DNA of 60,070 nucleotides, the filler included, from Trypethelium eluteriae (lineage: Eukaryota): NCBI GenBank assembly GCA_051942245.1. It is 4 parts of 4 records of this genome, joined end to end, with 100 filler letters (N's around TTAATTAATTAA, not from the genome) between each part and the next. Parts side by side here need not be neighbours in the genome. Positions count along the whole stretch, not along the records: positions 1 to 14,974 come from JAVECL010000664.1; positions 15,075 to 30,034 come from JAVECL010000665.1; 2 more parts are not named here. One strand, written 5' to 3'. The notes under the pieces were generated by a model. It worked only from the letters and a program-made list of their open reading frames with translations, was not told the origin of the DNA and did no database searches. This document shows, one piece after another, positions 1 to 15,348 of this stretch. Both the position numbers and the translations under genes were made by a program. The first letter of the stretch is position 1. The number at the start of each line of letters is the position of its first letter.

Positions 1-1499
1 GTGGTTAGTGGCGGTGGAAGAGAGAGACTCAAAAGAAAGAACGAGGGGGAAAAGAGGTGACTTGGGAGTTGGGGAGAGCTGAAATACCTTGTATGAATCA
101 AACTCCTCGCTGTTGGGTCGGATGAGGCTGGTGGTTGGGAAGGCGACGGAGATGGCCTCGAGCTCTTTACAGTCCTTGATGATTTGCTCGAATGTAGAGA
201 CATCCCAGATGAGTTCGTCGTCACCCAGGCCACCAGACGTTGCGTGTACGCTCAGAGCCTTCAGTGTCTTTGAATGTCGGGATATGCAAGCAGCAGAAGG
301 CATTGTGTCATTGTGTTCGAGGTCCAGTGTGAGGTACTTGATGCCAGAAACCAAGGTTAAAAAGCCCTCTAGAGCACTCAGCCCATCATTCTCGGCATTA
401 TCGTCGTGTTTGAAGTCGAAGGACTCTAGCTTCTCGGGTAGCTGAGAGCTCTTACTCATCTCCGCAAGCATTGCATCTGCGCCCGAGCAGTGTAATATGT
501 GCAGAGATTTGATTGTCCGGAAAGTAATGAACTTGCAGTATGTGTCGGCGGCATAACGGAGGTTGACCTTGTGGAGACGGAGCGAGCGCAGAGCTAAGGG
601 TTTACACTTTTCAAAGGGTTCTAGATGGCGGAAAATGGTTCGCGACATCAAGCCAGGTCCAGTGCTTGAGTCGTTCAACTCACGATTTGGTATGTCACCG
701 TCGAAGTTTGTCTGAATGGTAAGCTTCTCGACTTTGGGTGCCCTCTTTAACAGGGCATTGCAGTACTCTAATGTTTCCCGACTATCTGGGAAGAGAGCAA
801 CCTTTCGTGCCTCTTTGAATGACTCATCGAATGTGCCCGCCTCAATCTCAGGGACAATATTTCGGTCGAGATTGATCGCTTCGAGGTATTTTAAACGCTT
901 TTGCTTTCTGTAGAGGAGAATCATGTTATCTGTACTGAAGGTATTCCATGGGTGCCAGCTGCAATGCGATTAGATGCGTATTTTAGAATCTCCCTCGCTC
1001 CTTTATTTCCAGGTCACGCACCTGACTTTCTCCAGGGTATCCTCTGGGAGAAACTCTAACAACATTCGGACGGTAAAGTGCGCATGTGCAACCTGCATCT
1101 TCTCAGCTTTGGGCTTCTTGTATCGCTCTAATCTCCATGTCGAACCTGGTTGTAGCATTTGTCTCTTATCTCCGCCAAATATAGATCCAATGTGCGGAGA
1201 TATTTGAGTCCGATGTTCTTGGGGTTCATAAATGCGCTGAGTTTGGTATCATTCGGACTGCCGACATCCAAGCTAACATTGCGATAGAGCTGACGAACAG
1301 TGATCTCGTGGAGTTGTCTCGAAGTAAGGCAGAGCGACTTCATATCAGTGGGGCGATTGATCTTGAATAGGCAAGTGAGCTTATGTATTAGATTGATGCT
1401 GGGGCCCGAATCCACTTAGCATACATGACTGACGATGAGGCTCTTGATATCGACGGATATATCTTCCCATTTTATCTTGCCTTTTCCTTCAGAAACCAT
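1..1499 (-). CDS. F-box domain / LRR-like fungal protein, 3' end runs off the window
   Basis: ATG at 1499 reads MVSEGKGKIKWEDISVDIKSLIVSH, then a GTATGT intron. It continues INRPTDMKSLCLTSRQLHEITVRQLYRNVSLDVG (F-box-like), followed by further exons with LRR-like leucine periodicity down to base 1. Confidence 0.7.
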
Positions 1500-2180
1500 G
1501 ATTACGGTCGTGAACGCGGGGAAGATGTGCGAGTGGGAGGGAGTGGGAGGAGTTTGGCAGGGCGAAAGGCTGGATAGGTGGATGGTGGGTGGTCAATTGA
1601 CACAGTGAATGCGGGAGGTGATTATATATTAGCGTACAAGTGGATATCGAATCCTCACGGGCGAGTATTGATTGGAGAATCATGAAGAATTGCTGCCTGC
1701 CTTGCGCAGCGAGAGACTTGAGTGGCGCGCTGGTGCAGGGAGCTTGTGCACGGGCACCTTAGCCTACTCCAGAAATGACTTTGGTGAAGCGGTCAGCCTC
1801 ACGCTGACGGGAACTGCGATGCCTTCACGTGGCCGTGCAGGTAAGATTTTTACAATCGATGCCTGATTGATACTGTCGCTGTCCCGAATTGATGCTGCCA
1901 TACGCTTCCCGTACTCCAGTCGACCCGGGGTATCTAGGCTAACAGACCTGCAAAGCCTCAAGGCTACCACCCATAGAAGTAGCATTGTCCCCATGTTATG
2001 CACCGCCAGCGCCATACGCTATGTTACAAGTACTCAGTCCAGCCTAGAAGTTGCAACTCCTCCGATATCAGTCCACGATTCATGTCCGAAAATGCCGAAG
2101 GCAGGAGGATCAGTCAAGACTGATCTTTCCTGCGGTCCCTCCCAACCTCCCCAGCCTTCCATATCTGACTTCTTATCACA

Positions 2181-4947
2181 TCACCCCTCATCTTGCTCCA
2201 CATTCAAGAGCTCCGAGTTCTCCTTGTTTGGCTCCGTACGTGGAGTCCCTGCTTCTTCTGTCAACTGATCTGACAGCTCTTGCAACTCTTGCTCAAACGC
2301 TCTCTCCAAGGCCAGCGATTCTGTATCGCTTCCATCGCCTCTAGCACTTCCTCCACGGATTGCTTCTGTGCAAAGATTAGAATTAGTCAAGCTCGAAGTC
2401 CGATCGAGAGCTTTGCGCTTCGGTCGTCGGAGATTTGGGCCGTCGTTTGACAACGCCGTGCTGGCATCACTGTCCTCACCATCTGTCGACCGACCGGAGT
2501 GGTTCACTCGCTTGCGCTTGCGCTTGCCTGAAAGTACTGGAAGTGACTTCCTGTGAACACCATTCTCCAAATTGTCACGCTGCTGCTCCATCTGCTCGTT
2601 TGTCTCACCTGCTTCATCCATCTCAGAGTCTTCAGGTCCGTCGGACTCATCAGAATCTTCGTAGTCGGAGCCCATGAACTCCCTCAGCTCATCGTCGATC
2701 CCCTTCCAATCCCCTGACATCGGAGTCATGGGGCTCTTCTCGTCCTCGTTCGGCGCATATTTGCTCAGATCCTCTTCGTCTTCTTCCTCTCTCTCCCCAG
2801 TCTCTATTCTTAACCCAGGGTTCCTCCCAGTCATCACATCAGGAGCTCCATCACCTTCATCATCTGCATCCGTAGTGGGCCCACTATCCTCATCCTCACT
2901 ACTAAGCAGTGCTTGCTCTTGACCGAAAGGTGTGTCAGTTCCATTCTGGACATCTTGCTGGTCGGGGCCGAAATCGATGAGGTACGGCTTCTCGTCGAGG
3001 TGTCGCCATGTCGTGAAACAGTTGAAGAGCCAAGCTTCCGTGACGACCTTGATGCGGTTCGGATGTCGTAACGCCTTCCGGACTTTGGACGTTTTACGCT
3101 GTGGGGTCGCAATTACATGCGTTGTGCGCTTCGTTATATCGGAAGAGACGGATGCCCCAAAGGACTTGGCCCACAATGCTCGATCGGACCTGTTGTCGCT
3201 AAAGATCAGCAGTTGTTAGAGACGCAAAGAAGAGAGGAGATCACCGCACATTTGCACATCCACATTCAGCGGCATAATACCGGAAAACACCATATTGACG
3301 TCTCGAAGTACGCGCTCCTTCATCGCGGGCATTATATTTTTAATATCAGGAAGCAATGAAAGGTGAGATTCTCCAGGGTGACCGGCCTTCTGTTGCTTGT
3401 ATTCGTTATAGAATGTAGCATGAACCTTTCGAAGAGCCACTTCGAGATGGATCAATTCTTCATCGTCATCCTTGAGTAGGTTATGTCGATACCTGTATGC
3501 TTCGTGTGAGGTGTTTTCGTCAGGCGCTTCTCCATTCTGGTCCTTGTCTGCTGCTGCTTGATTCGCTTTTTCTTCTTCAGCATCGAGGATTTTCTGTTGT
3601 TGAAGAAGAGGTCTATCCGCAAGCTGCGCAGCGATAGCCTCGTCTTGCTTGGACGCTTTCTCTTTCAACGCCTCAACATTGTCACCTCCACCCATCGAGA
3701 CTAATTGTTCCAATGTCGATACATCGCCAGCCGCCTGTTGCGTTGAGTCAGTATGTTCATGTCCGCCGACATGCTCGCCATTTGTGCTCGCCGCTGCTTC
3801 GGTGTCTTTGACTTCTTGCTCATCAACATCCGATGCCTGCGTTTCAGCGATTTTTTCAACTTTTGGACTGGGCGTGTCTGCATCCGGTTTTTTGGGGAGA
3901 AAGCTTGCATTGATATCACCGATTCCCACGAAGAAATCATACGCCGGCAGCCGAATCAGATTCGCGCTCCACTCCCACACATCTGCTCGATCATCCATAA
4001 TAACCACCATCTTTGTATCCGCAGGGAATAGGCGCTTCAGTTTTTTTGCCTGGAGACTGCCGCTCTCGTCACGACTGAGTATCCTGTCCCCAAAAATCTT
4101 GCGATCGGGGTCGACGATTTGCGCAATGTGGAGGGCATAGGCGCGGGTTCCCATGGTGTAGATATGACATTCAAACAACTTGCTGATCTCTTCAAAGAAC
4201 TCGGCTAGACCAGGCCGTAATTTGATATAGTACCAGCACTCCTGTCGCACGCCAGGTCCGTCATCGGTAAGCTTGAAGGCTCGGACATCCTTGACAGCCT
4301 CATGGTTCGGACTATTCTCATCATTTTGCCATTCCGCAACGGTAGGATCGACGGTGGCGTGAATAATGGTCTGATCGAGGTCGACGACGAGAGAGAGCTT
4401 TTCTTTGGAGAGCAGACGACGCATGGCTTCGTCTTGGGTACGGAATGCCTCGGCTTCAGACACCTTGAGCGCAGTATTGCCATGGAACATGTTGACACTT
4501 GCGCGATGAGTGTCTGGGGTAGACTGGTTGTATGAGATTCTGGCAGTGACGTTAGAAGTGACAAAATCTCGCTATCGAGTCACTGACGCGAAAGATGCTG
4601 GGGACTTACTCTGTCATGTCCTCGCCACAGATTGTACACATTCCTGCGAATTGCACCTCATGCCGACACGGCTCTTCTATCTCAACAAGCGCAAGGCCAG
4701 GCCCTTTTATTTCATCGCCGACGGCAATCTTCCATGTCGTGAGCTTTCCTTTTATCTCGCACTGGTAGTCGGTGTCCAATATCTTCACCACCTCATAATC
4801 GTCACCGTTTTCGTCCTGCTGCAGCATCTGATAGGCATATTCATATGTGAATAGCTTGTCGTTCCGCTGGACATTGTCCTCGGGCTGCGCGAGCAGTTTG
4901 GTGACGGTGATGGGGTAGTGGAGGTTGGAAGGCGAGACGATTAGCAT
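2181..4947 (-). CDS. FCP1: RNA polymerase II CTD phosphatase Fcp1 (multi-exon)
   Basis: N-terminal exon with CRHEVQFAGMCTICGEDMT. FCPH domain with LVVDLDQTIIH (DxDxT), YIKLRPGL and DDRADVW. BRCT domain (THVIA...KVVTEAWL) and acidic tail. Joins ORFs 4606-4947, 3216-4490 and 2181-3176. Confidence 0.95.
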
Positions 4948-5744
4948 TGCCCGAAATGATTACTTTTCCTCCTCTGTGATCCGCAAGTGATGATTGAGAG
5001 AGGTAGTCACATGCTCGAAGTTTCGAGAATGTTGATAGGGCAGAAATAGCTAGTTTGCGACTCCAGGAATGAGGCCGTGGAGGGGTAGCTATGAAGGCGC
5101 GCTAGTAGGTGAACGTGAGAAGGCTCGCAAAGAGGTAAAAGTGATGAATGCGTTCGTCTGGTTACCACTGAGAGACAGATAGCGAATAGGAGCAATCAGA
5201 CACCAAGGGGTGAATGGATTGGAGGATGTGCGCGCGGGTGGAAAGTAGTGTAAACAGGCGCGACAAGGAACATTCAACGTTAGAAAAATTAGGCCGCCAA
5301 GGTTTTGACCAGGACACGGTAGGCACGGTCACGGTAGATTTGGCCGGGCGGCGCTGGGAGATCGGAAATACTTATAGCTAACGGCTGCGCTTACGTCGGA
5401 GTCTCGGCAGCTTTCCGCGTGCATCACCGACTGAGGGGAACCGCAGGGAGATCAACAGATACACCACCAGAAAGAATGCCTCCTTTGTGGCAGCTTGTCC
5501 TCCACTCCCCTCCTCATCACATCTTGCATCCCATTACAATGCTGGTCATGATGAAACGTAATGTGCTTGTAGCTATATTTGCATAACAATATATGATACG
5601 TTCCTGTCTATGCTAATTTCTAGGTGCACCCGTCAACTGAGGAGGTATCATTAATGACAAAAACATCAAAGCAGAAGCTGCCGAAACCACCCCAGGAATC
5701 GAACTGGTGCTCACGCAAGATCGGTCCGCTCGATCAAGGACTAA

Positions 5745-8700
5745 TCAAGCCCTCCCAGGGGTCACAGTCATATCAGAGTCTCCATGAACGCCTCGCTGAT
5801 GCCCAAGACCAGAAGCAATTGGCCCACCACGCAAACCTTTAGATGCCTTTGGTTGCCACTCCACAATGCGCCTAGAAAGGTCCGGATCGCTTTCATCGCC
5901 GATGAAGGTCCAGCTCTCCTCAAAATCCTCTTCAAGCTCTTCCGTTCCCGTGCGATTCTGGCGTTTCTTAATAAGCGATTTCGCATATTCCATATCCCTA
6001 TAGATCGCTTGAATGGCGGTACCAACACCATCCTCCTAAGACAGTCGTCAGTATTTGCGAAGACGCCTTTTGTGAAGAGAGAGAGAAAGCGTACCTTTCT
6101 AATCGATTCCCCCAACAGACGCGCTTTAACAATCATTCGTTGGCTGTGTGTTGCCTCCCACATGGCACGCGCAAATACGCTTGTGTTGACTTTGCGCATG
6201 CAAATACCTACTCCTAGATCTTCCACACGACTACCGAAGAAGAACTGATCGCCAAAGAAGGGCTTTATTATGGTAGGGATGCCAGCGCGCAAACTAGCGC
6301 CAGTCGTTCCTGCTCCTCCATGGTGAGCGGCAGCATCGATTTGGCGGAAAAGCCAATCATGTGGCGCCGATTTGATCTGAAAGATCGATTCTGGCAAAGG
6401 GACCTCAGGCGCTGTGGCACTGCTGTCCTTCTTTCCAAGACGGTCTGACCATCCTTTTGATAGAATACATCTCACATCGGCTTTGATCACGGAATCGACC
6501 ACAGTCTTGGTGAGAGCCTTTGGATCTTCTACGACGATGGAGCCGAAGCCAACGTAGATAAGCTTCTTCCCATCCTTCCTAGCTTTGGCGATGAAGTCGG
6601 TGAGATCAGAAGGTGGTTTCCAATCGTCGCCCTCATCCAAAAACCAATAGCCTGTTACGCGGATCCAGTCGCTGTAATCAAGGGGCGGAACGACAACCGA
6701 TGGACTGAAGTTGTAAAGGAAAGGAATTTTGTTTGGCTGTAGCTTCTCCAAGGATGTGCTTGGGAGACCAAGTTCGGTCTTTCGCCATCGATTGACCTGA
6801 CCTGCAATGGCTTTCCAGAACACATTGTCAAACAATAGGTAAGACATGTAGTTGTATGCGCCTCCCATTTTCCGCTCTGGCACCGCAAAGGCATGGGGAT
6901 AGGCTCGAGTGCGTGTCCAAGGCATAGTAAAGGCGCGCCAATAGGGAATACCCAGGGCTTCTGCGATATGGATACCACCCATAGCTGAGGGGGATTCGAT
7001 GAGAAGGTCGCTATTCTGGCAGGCCTTCCAGGAGGATGTGAATAAAGAGTCTAGCCATCCACGGAATTTGGAAGTTGCTTCTTTAAAGAAAGAAATCGTA
7101 AACATGCCGTTCTCCACACAAATGCGCATCAGCTCGGCAGGGTCACCTTCAACTGGCGCAAAGTCAATACCATGTTTCCGGACCCATGGCTCGAACTCAG
7201 CATGGGTTGCAATCTTGGGTTTATGGCCCTCCTTGAGCAGTCCCTTACATAAGGCAATATAAGGCTGAACATCACCGCGCGAGCCAATTGTGAGACAAGT
7301 GATGCGAAGTGATTCTGTAGGCTTGAAGTTGAGGATGGAAGCTCGTGGATCATCAAACAGGACTGGCGGTGCATCAGTCTCGGAATCGATCCCGCCTTTG
7401 GGAAGCTTGAGCTCGTGTTCGGCGTGTCCATCTTGCCGTGCTTCTTGCAACTGTTGATGCTCAGCTTTGGCAATCTCCGCTTCAGTCTTCTCTTCTTGGG
7501 TCAAGAAGCCAGATTCTTCCAGAAATTTGGCAGATTCCAGAGCTTGAAAAACTGTCACAGCACAATCGTCGCGTAACTCGGCTGGGGAGAATTCGAAAAA
7601 GAGCTCTTCATGCCCGCGTATCGCCAGTACAAGACCACTGTGATTATAGCGGAACCCTTTTTCTTTCGTGACATTTTCAACGTCTTTCAGGGGTAGAAGC
7701 AATTTCGTCCTCGTACCTGGAAGAAGGCTGCGAAAGCAGAAGTAACGTTTGCTGATGTAAATCTTGCCATACAATGGTAGAACGCGATGAAGGTAGGCGA
7801 AATACGTTGCGTGAAGCTCTTCATTGTCGCCAAGGGCGAAATGTTTTCGAAACCGTAGGTTGACCCCAATGAGATCCTCGTCATCCTCGGCCTCCTTGAT
7901 ATGATCCTCGGGCGTCATGATGTCTGAATCACCGTAGTGCTTCTTACCACCTGCCCACATTCCAGAGACTTTCTCATAATATCCCATGGACTCGGTCGCC
8001 AACAGGTTACTCATACGCTTGGATGATTTGCGGAGATAGCCCGCAATGCTTCCGGCGCGATCGAGTGATGATCTGCTGGCGCGTCTTAGGTCCTCTATTG
8101 TGGTCGATTCCTGACTTGGCCGAGCTACCGATCCTTGGTACTCGTAGGCTTCTTTCGAGCCAGATGCGACCTCTATGTCCGCGTCGTATTGAGAAGTAGA
8201 GGTGCTGGCCCCTGTCTGAGTCCGAACGGGAGGATGCACTTTTACCCTATCGCTTGCTGGAATTGGCAACGAGTCTCTTCGCAAAGCCTCCACGTTGCGG
8301 TTCAGGAGCCCCGGGGACGTTCGCGATCGATCAAGAGTTGGATGTTGAAAGACAACACTACCACTTAGTATCTGACTCCCGGAGGCATTGTGATCATCTG
8401 CAGACTGCGTTGCTGCAGAAGATTCTGAGGCTCGGATCTGGGAGCGCTCGATAGATTCAGATGACTCCCGGGGCGGAGGTGAAAAAGGTGAACGACTCGC
8501 CCGACGGGGTTCACTGAAGATCCTGCGGTTATTGCGACTAAGACTTCGATGTCTATGCTCAGAGGCTGAGCGCCGCGGATCTGCAAGGGCATCAATACTT
8601 CTTCGGCCATCGTAGCTCCGCCGTCTTGTGTCCATGCTCGAGCGCGAGTATTCCCCACTAGCCCGGGAACTCGTTGGTGAGATGGGAGAAAGCGTCGCCC

Positions 8701-10214
8701 TGACGTTTTCACGGAGCGCTGGCACAGGAGAATCAGGAGCACTGTGAGGGCTGCGCTGATATGACGGTCTGGTATTTGAGGATTTTCGGTGGGACAAATC
8801 CAGGCCTACTTCAGGCTTTTCCGAAGTGGTCTCGCTCTCAGTGCCCGTCCTGTTGTTATCTTCTACCATGATTCGCAAGACATTGAGCGCTTCTTTCCCG
8901 AAACTGAAGAACGAGAAAAAATACTGATTGTTTGTCAGCATACTCATCAGATTTCTTCGATGCGACCTCGATGCTTACCTCGTTAATGGCATACGTTTCG
9001 TCGTTGTCGATCACTCTTATCTTGACAGTATCTGCAAAATCCAGGATAGCATTCTCTTCAATATCGATTACGTTCTGCGTGGGCATAGAAATCTTCACGC
9101 TGTCTCCGTCATTGTGTGAACGAAAGATGACTTTGTTGAGCTGTTTGACCCATTCCTTGGCACTCGACGCACTATCTGCTTTGAACTGATACGAGCGTTC
9201 CGCGGTGGTCACAGAAAAATTGAGACAATCCTTGCTCTTATCTTTCTGCTCGGTGAGAGCGGCAGATATACCATACCGAAGATCAACATGACCAGATGGA
9301 AAATACAAGTTCGCGGGATTTGAGTAGTAAGTGAGAACGTCACCTTTTAAGACGAACCAGTAGCGATTGTACTTTGGATTCGATTTACCACGTTTCGAAA
9401 GGTAACCAGACTTTGCGGTAACGTTGCTCTTTTTGGGAAGGTAGGCGTAGAAACAGATGTGCTTCTGGGTAATGTACATATAGCCCTGAAGCAGTACGCT
9501 TTGAAGCAGCCAGCATGGGTATTCGGAAATGACTTCCTCTGGCGCATCAAAGCCGAAGATATCCTTAAGCCGCTCCGCCAGCGTTGTTGAGGCACGGCGT
9601 TTGGGTCTTCGTGGAGTAGTGGTATCTGTGCTCACCCGAACATCTGCCCGATACTCCGAGAGGTCCATCTCTTGCTCTGCTTTGAGGATCTGGCTCATGA
9701 CTGGTACATCATTCCGGGGCGATTCCGTTGTCTGTTCGATGGATTCTTTGGCCTCTTTCGGAGGTAGGAATTGGGATTGGGTCATGGGGTTGGCCGATGA
9801 TTTTCTCTCTTTCGATCCCTTGAGACTGAGCTTTGGCAATGATCGAAGCAGCTTGTGTTCTGACAACTTCCTTCTGTGCTTGCGCTTTTGATCCGTATCT
9901 TGCGTAGGAGCCTCTACTTCACTTATCGTCGGCGGCGACAATGTTGTATCCACCCGTCCTTTTCTATCCGCTTCGCCCGGTGCCTCGTCTTCACTAGATT
10001 CTTCGTCGAATCGTGTATTGAAATCTCTCTTCCGTCCTGCAGCAGCTATCATGGAGAAGACGGACTGGTGAGAATAAGGTGCTGCGGAGCCTTTAGGCGC
10101 GGTAACGTCGTCCTGAGCATCTGGTCCATCTCTTAATCGGTCTGGAATATCGAATGACCTTTGGGGTGATTTCTTGATAGCCTTCCGGCCGAGGACTTGA
10201 CTCGAAGCCATCAT
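5745..10214 (-). CDS. ATG26: Sterol 3-beta-glucosyltransferase (GRAM-PH-GRAM-GT28-UDPGT)
   Basis: GRAM ([19 protein letters not shown]), PH (KSGYLSKRG...RYWFVLKGD), catalytic [11 protein letters not shown] and [15 protein letters not shown]. Introns near 8929-8978 and ~6037-6094 explain the frame changes. Final exon MEYAKSLI...EESWTFIG ends at 5745. Confidence 0.95.
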
Positions 10215-10960
10215 GGCTAGCACCAGTCTAACAGAGAAGACTGGAGAGCGAGATCTAAAAAAAAGGTGAATGTAGGCAATAGCCAAGGGCTGGGTTCAGA
10301 TATCACATAAACCTGGGTTTCGCCGGTCTATCCAACTCGACTAGACAAGGTCAGCCTTTTTGGCAGAGCCGGAGTGCGGCTTGACAGGTGCTGGATGCTG
10401 CATTCGCGTGCTCCCACAACGTCAGCTGCGTTGTGGTCAGAGTTTGGATTGCACGATCACATGTTGACAGGTATAGGCGGACAGGCAACCTAGGAGCCGC
10501 ATCGCGACCTGCAGCGATCTTGTAGCGCGTTGATGCCAGGCTGCAAGGGGTCGTGGGGTCTAAAGAAAAGTTCGGGCCGTTGATGATCTGCTACCTGTCT
10601 TCGGGGATGACGCAGATTACCGGTGAGCAATTCAGTCTCACTCATTGGTGTTTGGCCAACACTGCGGGCCAGAAACTCACGCACTCACGCACACGCACAC
10701 CCATGCACCCACGCTTTACCTTGTTACGCGAGATCTAGATCGAAATTGTATTCTGGACGCTTATACGAGAACGCTTCCATTGTACGGTATTGGTACAACT
10801 CTCATTACACTAAATACAAAAGAAACCGGTCAAGCTCGACCAATCTCAACTTGCACCGTCAAGCTGTCCCCGAGGCCCCCAATAGCGCCCACTCCGATAT
10901 GCTGCCACTCCGTCCCAGCTCTACCCATTTACAACATAGGCAATTTATCCAGAAGCTAAT

Positions 10961-12285
<1,325 letters not shown>

Positions 12286-12791
12286 TTTGATGTTTCTGTC
12301 GCTACTTGATGGAAAAAAAGGGTATCCTCTCGGGTCAGAACGATGGACAACTAAGGTGTTGATGAGAAAGGATGAAGTAGGAAGAGCTGACTGAGGGCAA
12401 CGAGGTGGTTGGATCTAGCGCCACATGAGACAAGCTCCTGGTGACCTCAGCGATGGGGTCCCCATGACGACGACGCGTCTGCCTTCCATCACACGACCAC
12501 CGCTCGCATCTTTACTATCTTCAAAGCATCCAAACCGGCATGCAGAATAATGCTATAAATGTCTTGGAGTATGTATATTACGTCCATGAAAAATGCCCGC
12601 AGAGAAAAATTGGGATTTTCATTGGTCTATCTGAGCTTAGTACTCATCAAAGGACAAAGTACTTCATTTCTTTAGCTGATAGCGGCCTCGTTATAGATAG
12701 TCTAACGCATGGAAGTTCGCCCTTGCACCGGTAAATGCAGGAATGAGTCATTTGATTATCTTCCTCGGAAGGACGTACATATCGTCGCAAA

Positions 12792-13442
12792 ATGCTTCGT
12801 AAAAGAGGCCTACCCCTGCCGTCTTTCTTTCCACAAAGGTATCTGAGGCCTGCATTTCGCCATCGATTCCATGCATCCAAGGCATCACAAACAATCAAAC
12901 CCGAAGAACCTGCGGTGAATGTCCAGTCACGTCTCGACAAAACAATCAACCGTCTGCCTAAATTTCTCCAAAGATACCTCACACCTGTGCGGCATGCTCC
13001 TCTTTCCCACATAACCTCCTTCCTTATCCTCCATGAAATCACTGCTATCATACCGCTTTTCGGTCTATGGGCGTCCTTCCATTACACCAACTGGCTGCCG
13101 CCATACTTCGCCGAGGGCAAATGGGTGCATGAAGGAATCGAGAGGTTCGGGCGGTACTTTCGGAGGAAGAGGTGGTTTGGATTTGGGAGGGACCAATTAG
13201 GTTCCTTGGAGGAGGAAGAAGCGCAGGCCGTGACAAGAGAGATAGGGAAGAGGGAGCTATGGTGGAATCGGGGTCAGGGAGGAGTGAAAATTTTGGTTGA
13301 GGTTGCAACGGCATGGGCTGTCACGAAGGCCTTGTTACCGCTGAGAATCATAGTAAGCGTGTGGGGCACGCCTTGGTTTGCGAGGGTTATGCTGCAGCCG
13401 ATTTCAAGCAGACTCGGGAGACTGTTTCGAAGGAAGACTTGA
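12792..13442 (+). CDS. MRX11: FLILHELTA-family mitochondrial protein (Mrx11-like)
   Basis: Arg-rich presequence-like N-terminus, signature SFLILHEITAIIPL, and EVATAWAVTKALLPLRI. Confidence 0.8.
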   Translation: MLRKRGLPLPSFFPQRYLRPAFRHRFHASKASQTIKPEEPAVNVQSRLDKTINRLPKFLQRYLTPVRHAPLSHITSFLILHEITAIIPLFGLWASFHYTNWLPPYFAEGKWVHEGIERFGRYFRRKRWFGFGRDQLGSLEEEEAQAVTREIGKRELWWNRGQGGVKILVEVATAWAVTKALLPLRIIVSVWGTPWFARVMLQPISSRLGRLFRRKT

Positions 13443-13947
13443 AGGGTCTTGAAGTGGGAAGTCGAAATCTTTGATGAATCCAGCAATATACCACATTGAA
13501 CCACTACAAGAAATCTGTCCGTTTATTTGCACATCGAGTATTCACTGCTGGCTTCTCCAGAACCAGGAGATTTTCGTAACGAGCAAGTAACAGGCTTGGT
13601 CCCCTCTCCAGTGATTTCGTCCCGGGTGGAGTGCTGTCTCTTGATCGGTCACATACAGCTGACTCGATCTCAGCGGTTTCTCATGGAGAGTTATCGGCCC
13701 TGCTGGTTCTCTGCTCTCCTGATTCACTCTTTTTTTTAGTGATCCTGTAGAGGTGAACACCGAGAATGAGCTGTTCAGCCTCTACTGAATCCGGATAAAG
13801 CCTCTTCGGAGTGAGGGATATCCTCTGACAAGTAGATTTCTATCGTATCGTCCAATTCTCCAGGCTCCCGTACGCCAGCGCTTGCATCCAGAACAGCACC
13901 TATGGTCCAATCGTGACCCCCTTTCTGAAGCTTCCTTACCCATCACT

Positions 13948-14448
13948 TTATAATCCAAGCCCCTTCCTAACATTGTCCCTCACGATCCTCTCATACTCTC
14001 CCCTTTTCTCTCTCCACATCCTCGCCGCATCCACATTGGCAGGACTCTCATCATTCGGTTCTGCTAGCATGCTCATCACACTGATCAAAATTTTCTCCAC
14101 GCTCTGAATCGGACTCCACCGCTCGCTCGCGCTCTCGTAATGATTTGGGTCGTCTCCTGGCGGATGCAGAATGCTTATGCACACGTTACCATTAGGGTAG
14201 ACATTCGGGTGCCACATGTCGCAGGTGAACTTCATAGACGGTGGTGAGAGCGGATAGTCCCTGGGAAACTTCAGCTCGGCGGGGAACACGCCTAAAGCGA
14301 AAGGCGTATCTTCCGGGCCTTGGATCAGTGCTTCCCAAACGAAGATGTCGTCTTCGGAGACGGGTCCGGCGGTGATGCCATCCGGAGGGTTATTCGTGAG
14401 CGTGCGGTACTCTTGGAACAGGCGCTTGGAAGCAACACTAGAGGACAT
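13948..14448 (-). CDS. UBC7: Ubiquitin-conjugating enzyme E2 (Ubc7/UBE2G), intronless
   Basis: [45 protein letters not shown], with the active Cys and the Ubc7-type acidic insertion. Confidence 0.96.
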   Translation of the reverse strand: MSSSVASKRLFQEYRTLTNNPPDGITAGPVSEDDIFVWEALIQGPEDTPFALGVFPAELKFPRDYPLSPPSMKFTCDMWHPNVYPNGNVCISILHPPGDDPNHYESASERWSPIQSVEKILISVMSMLAEPNDESPANVDAARMWREKRGEYERIVRDNVRKGLGL

Positions 14449-14913
14449 GGCGACGCAAGAGTTCTAGGAGTTTTGGTGCCTAAAGTCTGGTTCTTGATGT
14501 GGGGAATTGGTGGTCGTCTGGCGGAGTCCGGGTAGACCGGAATGTGGTTTTACCTGAAACGGAAATGGATAGTTATAATCTTTACCACAAAGTTCGTGTG
14601 AGGAGGATACAGGAGAAAGGAGGCTCTAATTGCAGGAACAAAATTCGTCTAGGTGCCAGAAAATATCTAGAGCAAGTTGGTAAAGATCGACCAATCAATA
14701 CCTTACATCCAGACGTAAGTAGTAAACTCCCTGAGCTTTGTGTGCCCGCGAACTTAACTGTAGCCCAGGTCTCTAGTTCTATGGGGGGTATCTATAATAC
14801 ATTCATTAATCATACTCAATATCTGTATCCGAATAAGTGGAATTTTGGACCCGTTCCCACGCTTGAAATACGCCACAAGATACCGAAAGGTGACCAAGCC
14901 ATCCCATATCATG

Positions 14914-14974
14914 TCAGAAGAGGTCGCTGAACCAGTCGCCATCGCCTCCTCCGCCTCCACCGCCTCCTCCGCCG
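14914..14974 (-). CDS. C-terminal fragment of a Gly-rich protein cut by the contig end
   Basis: Minus strand reads GGGGGGGGGGDGDWFSDLF* up to the linker. Confidence 0.4.
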
Positions 14975-15074
14975 NNNNNNNNNNNNNNNNNNNNNNNNNN
15001 NNNNNNNNNNNNNNNNNNTTAATTAATTAANNNNNNNNNNNNNNNNNNNNNNNNNNNNNNNNNNNNNNNNNNNN
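14975..15074. other. Artificial contig-joining linker
   Basis: 44 N + TTAATTAATTAA (stops in all six frames) + 44 N, exactly 100 bp. Confidence 0.97.
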
Positions 15075-15348
15075 TAGGAAGGGCGCGGTGGCGGATGATG
15101 GGGGCGGGTGAATGGTGATTTGCGGATGGAGTACAATTGAGAGAGGTGCTGCGTTGAGGCGAGTAGGTTCTAGAAGCGATGGTTGGGGTGACGCTGGTTG
15201 TAGTGGAGCTTTTGACTCTGTTGTCGAGATGTGGGCGGTATAAGGAAGAAGTAGGACAAGTGGAATTGCTAGTTCCAGATTGGACGCTGAATGGAGGATA
15301 GCTGATATTGGAGGGCTCGGAAGCCTGAGTTTTGGGTTTGGGAGGCAT
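15075..15348 (-). CDS. N-terminal fragment of an unknown Ser/Thr/Pro-rich protein, truncated at the contig end
   Basis: ORF MPPKPKTQASEPSNISYPPFSVQSG... stays open into the linker. No family recognised. Confidence 0.35.

Noticed and set aside
5315..5340. CACGGT-rich cluster, with a similar one at ~43751-43777
   Set aside because: Too short and too few copies to distinguish from chance. At most a promoter motif.
8856..8990. Apparent frameshift between the two large ATG26 ORFs
   Set aside because: It is explained by a canonical intron (GTAAGC...GCTGAC...CAG).
15019..15030. TTAATTAATTAA palindromes (also at 30079 and 45098) as biological sites or piggyBac TSDs
   Set aside because: Each is embedded in identical N padding, a standard six-frame-stop linker.
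14914..15348. One gene spanning the first gap (MPPKPK... to ...GGGDWFSDLF*)
   Set aside because: Both fragments are on the minus strand, but the contigs appear length-sorted, so adjacency is artificial.
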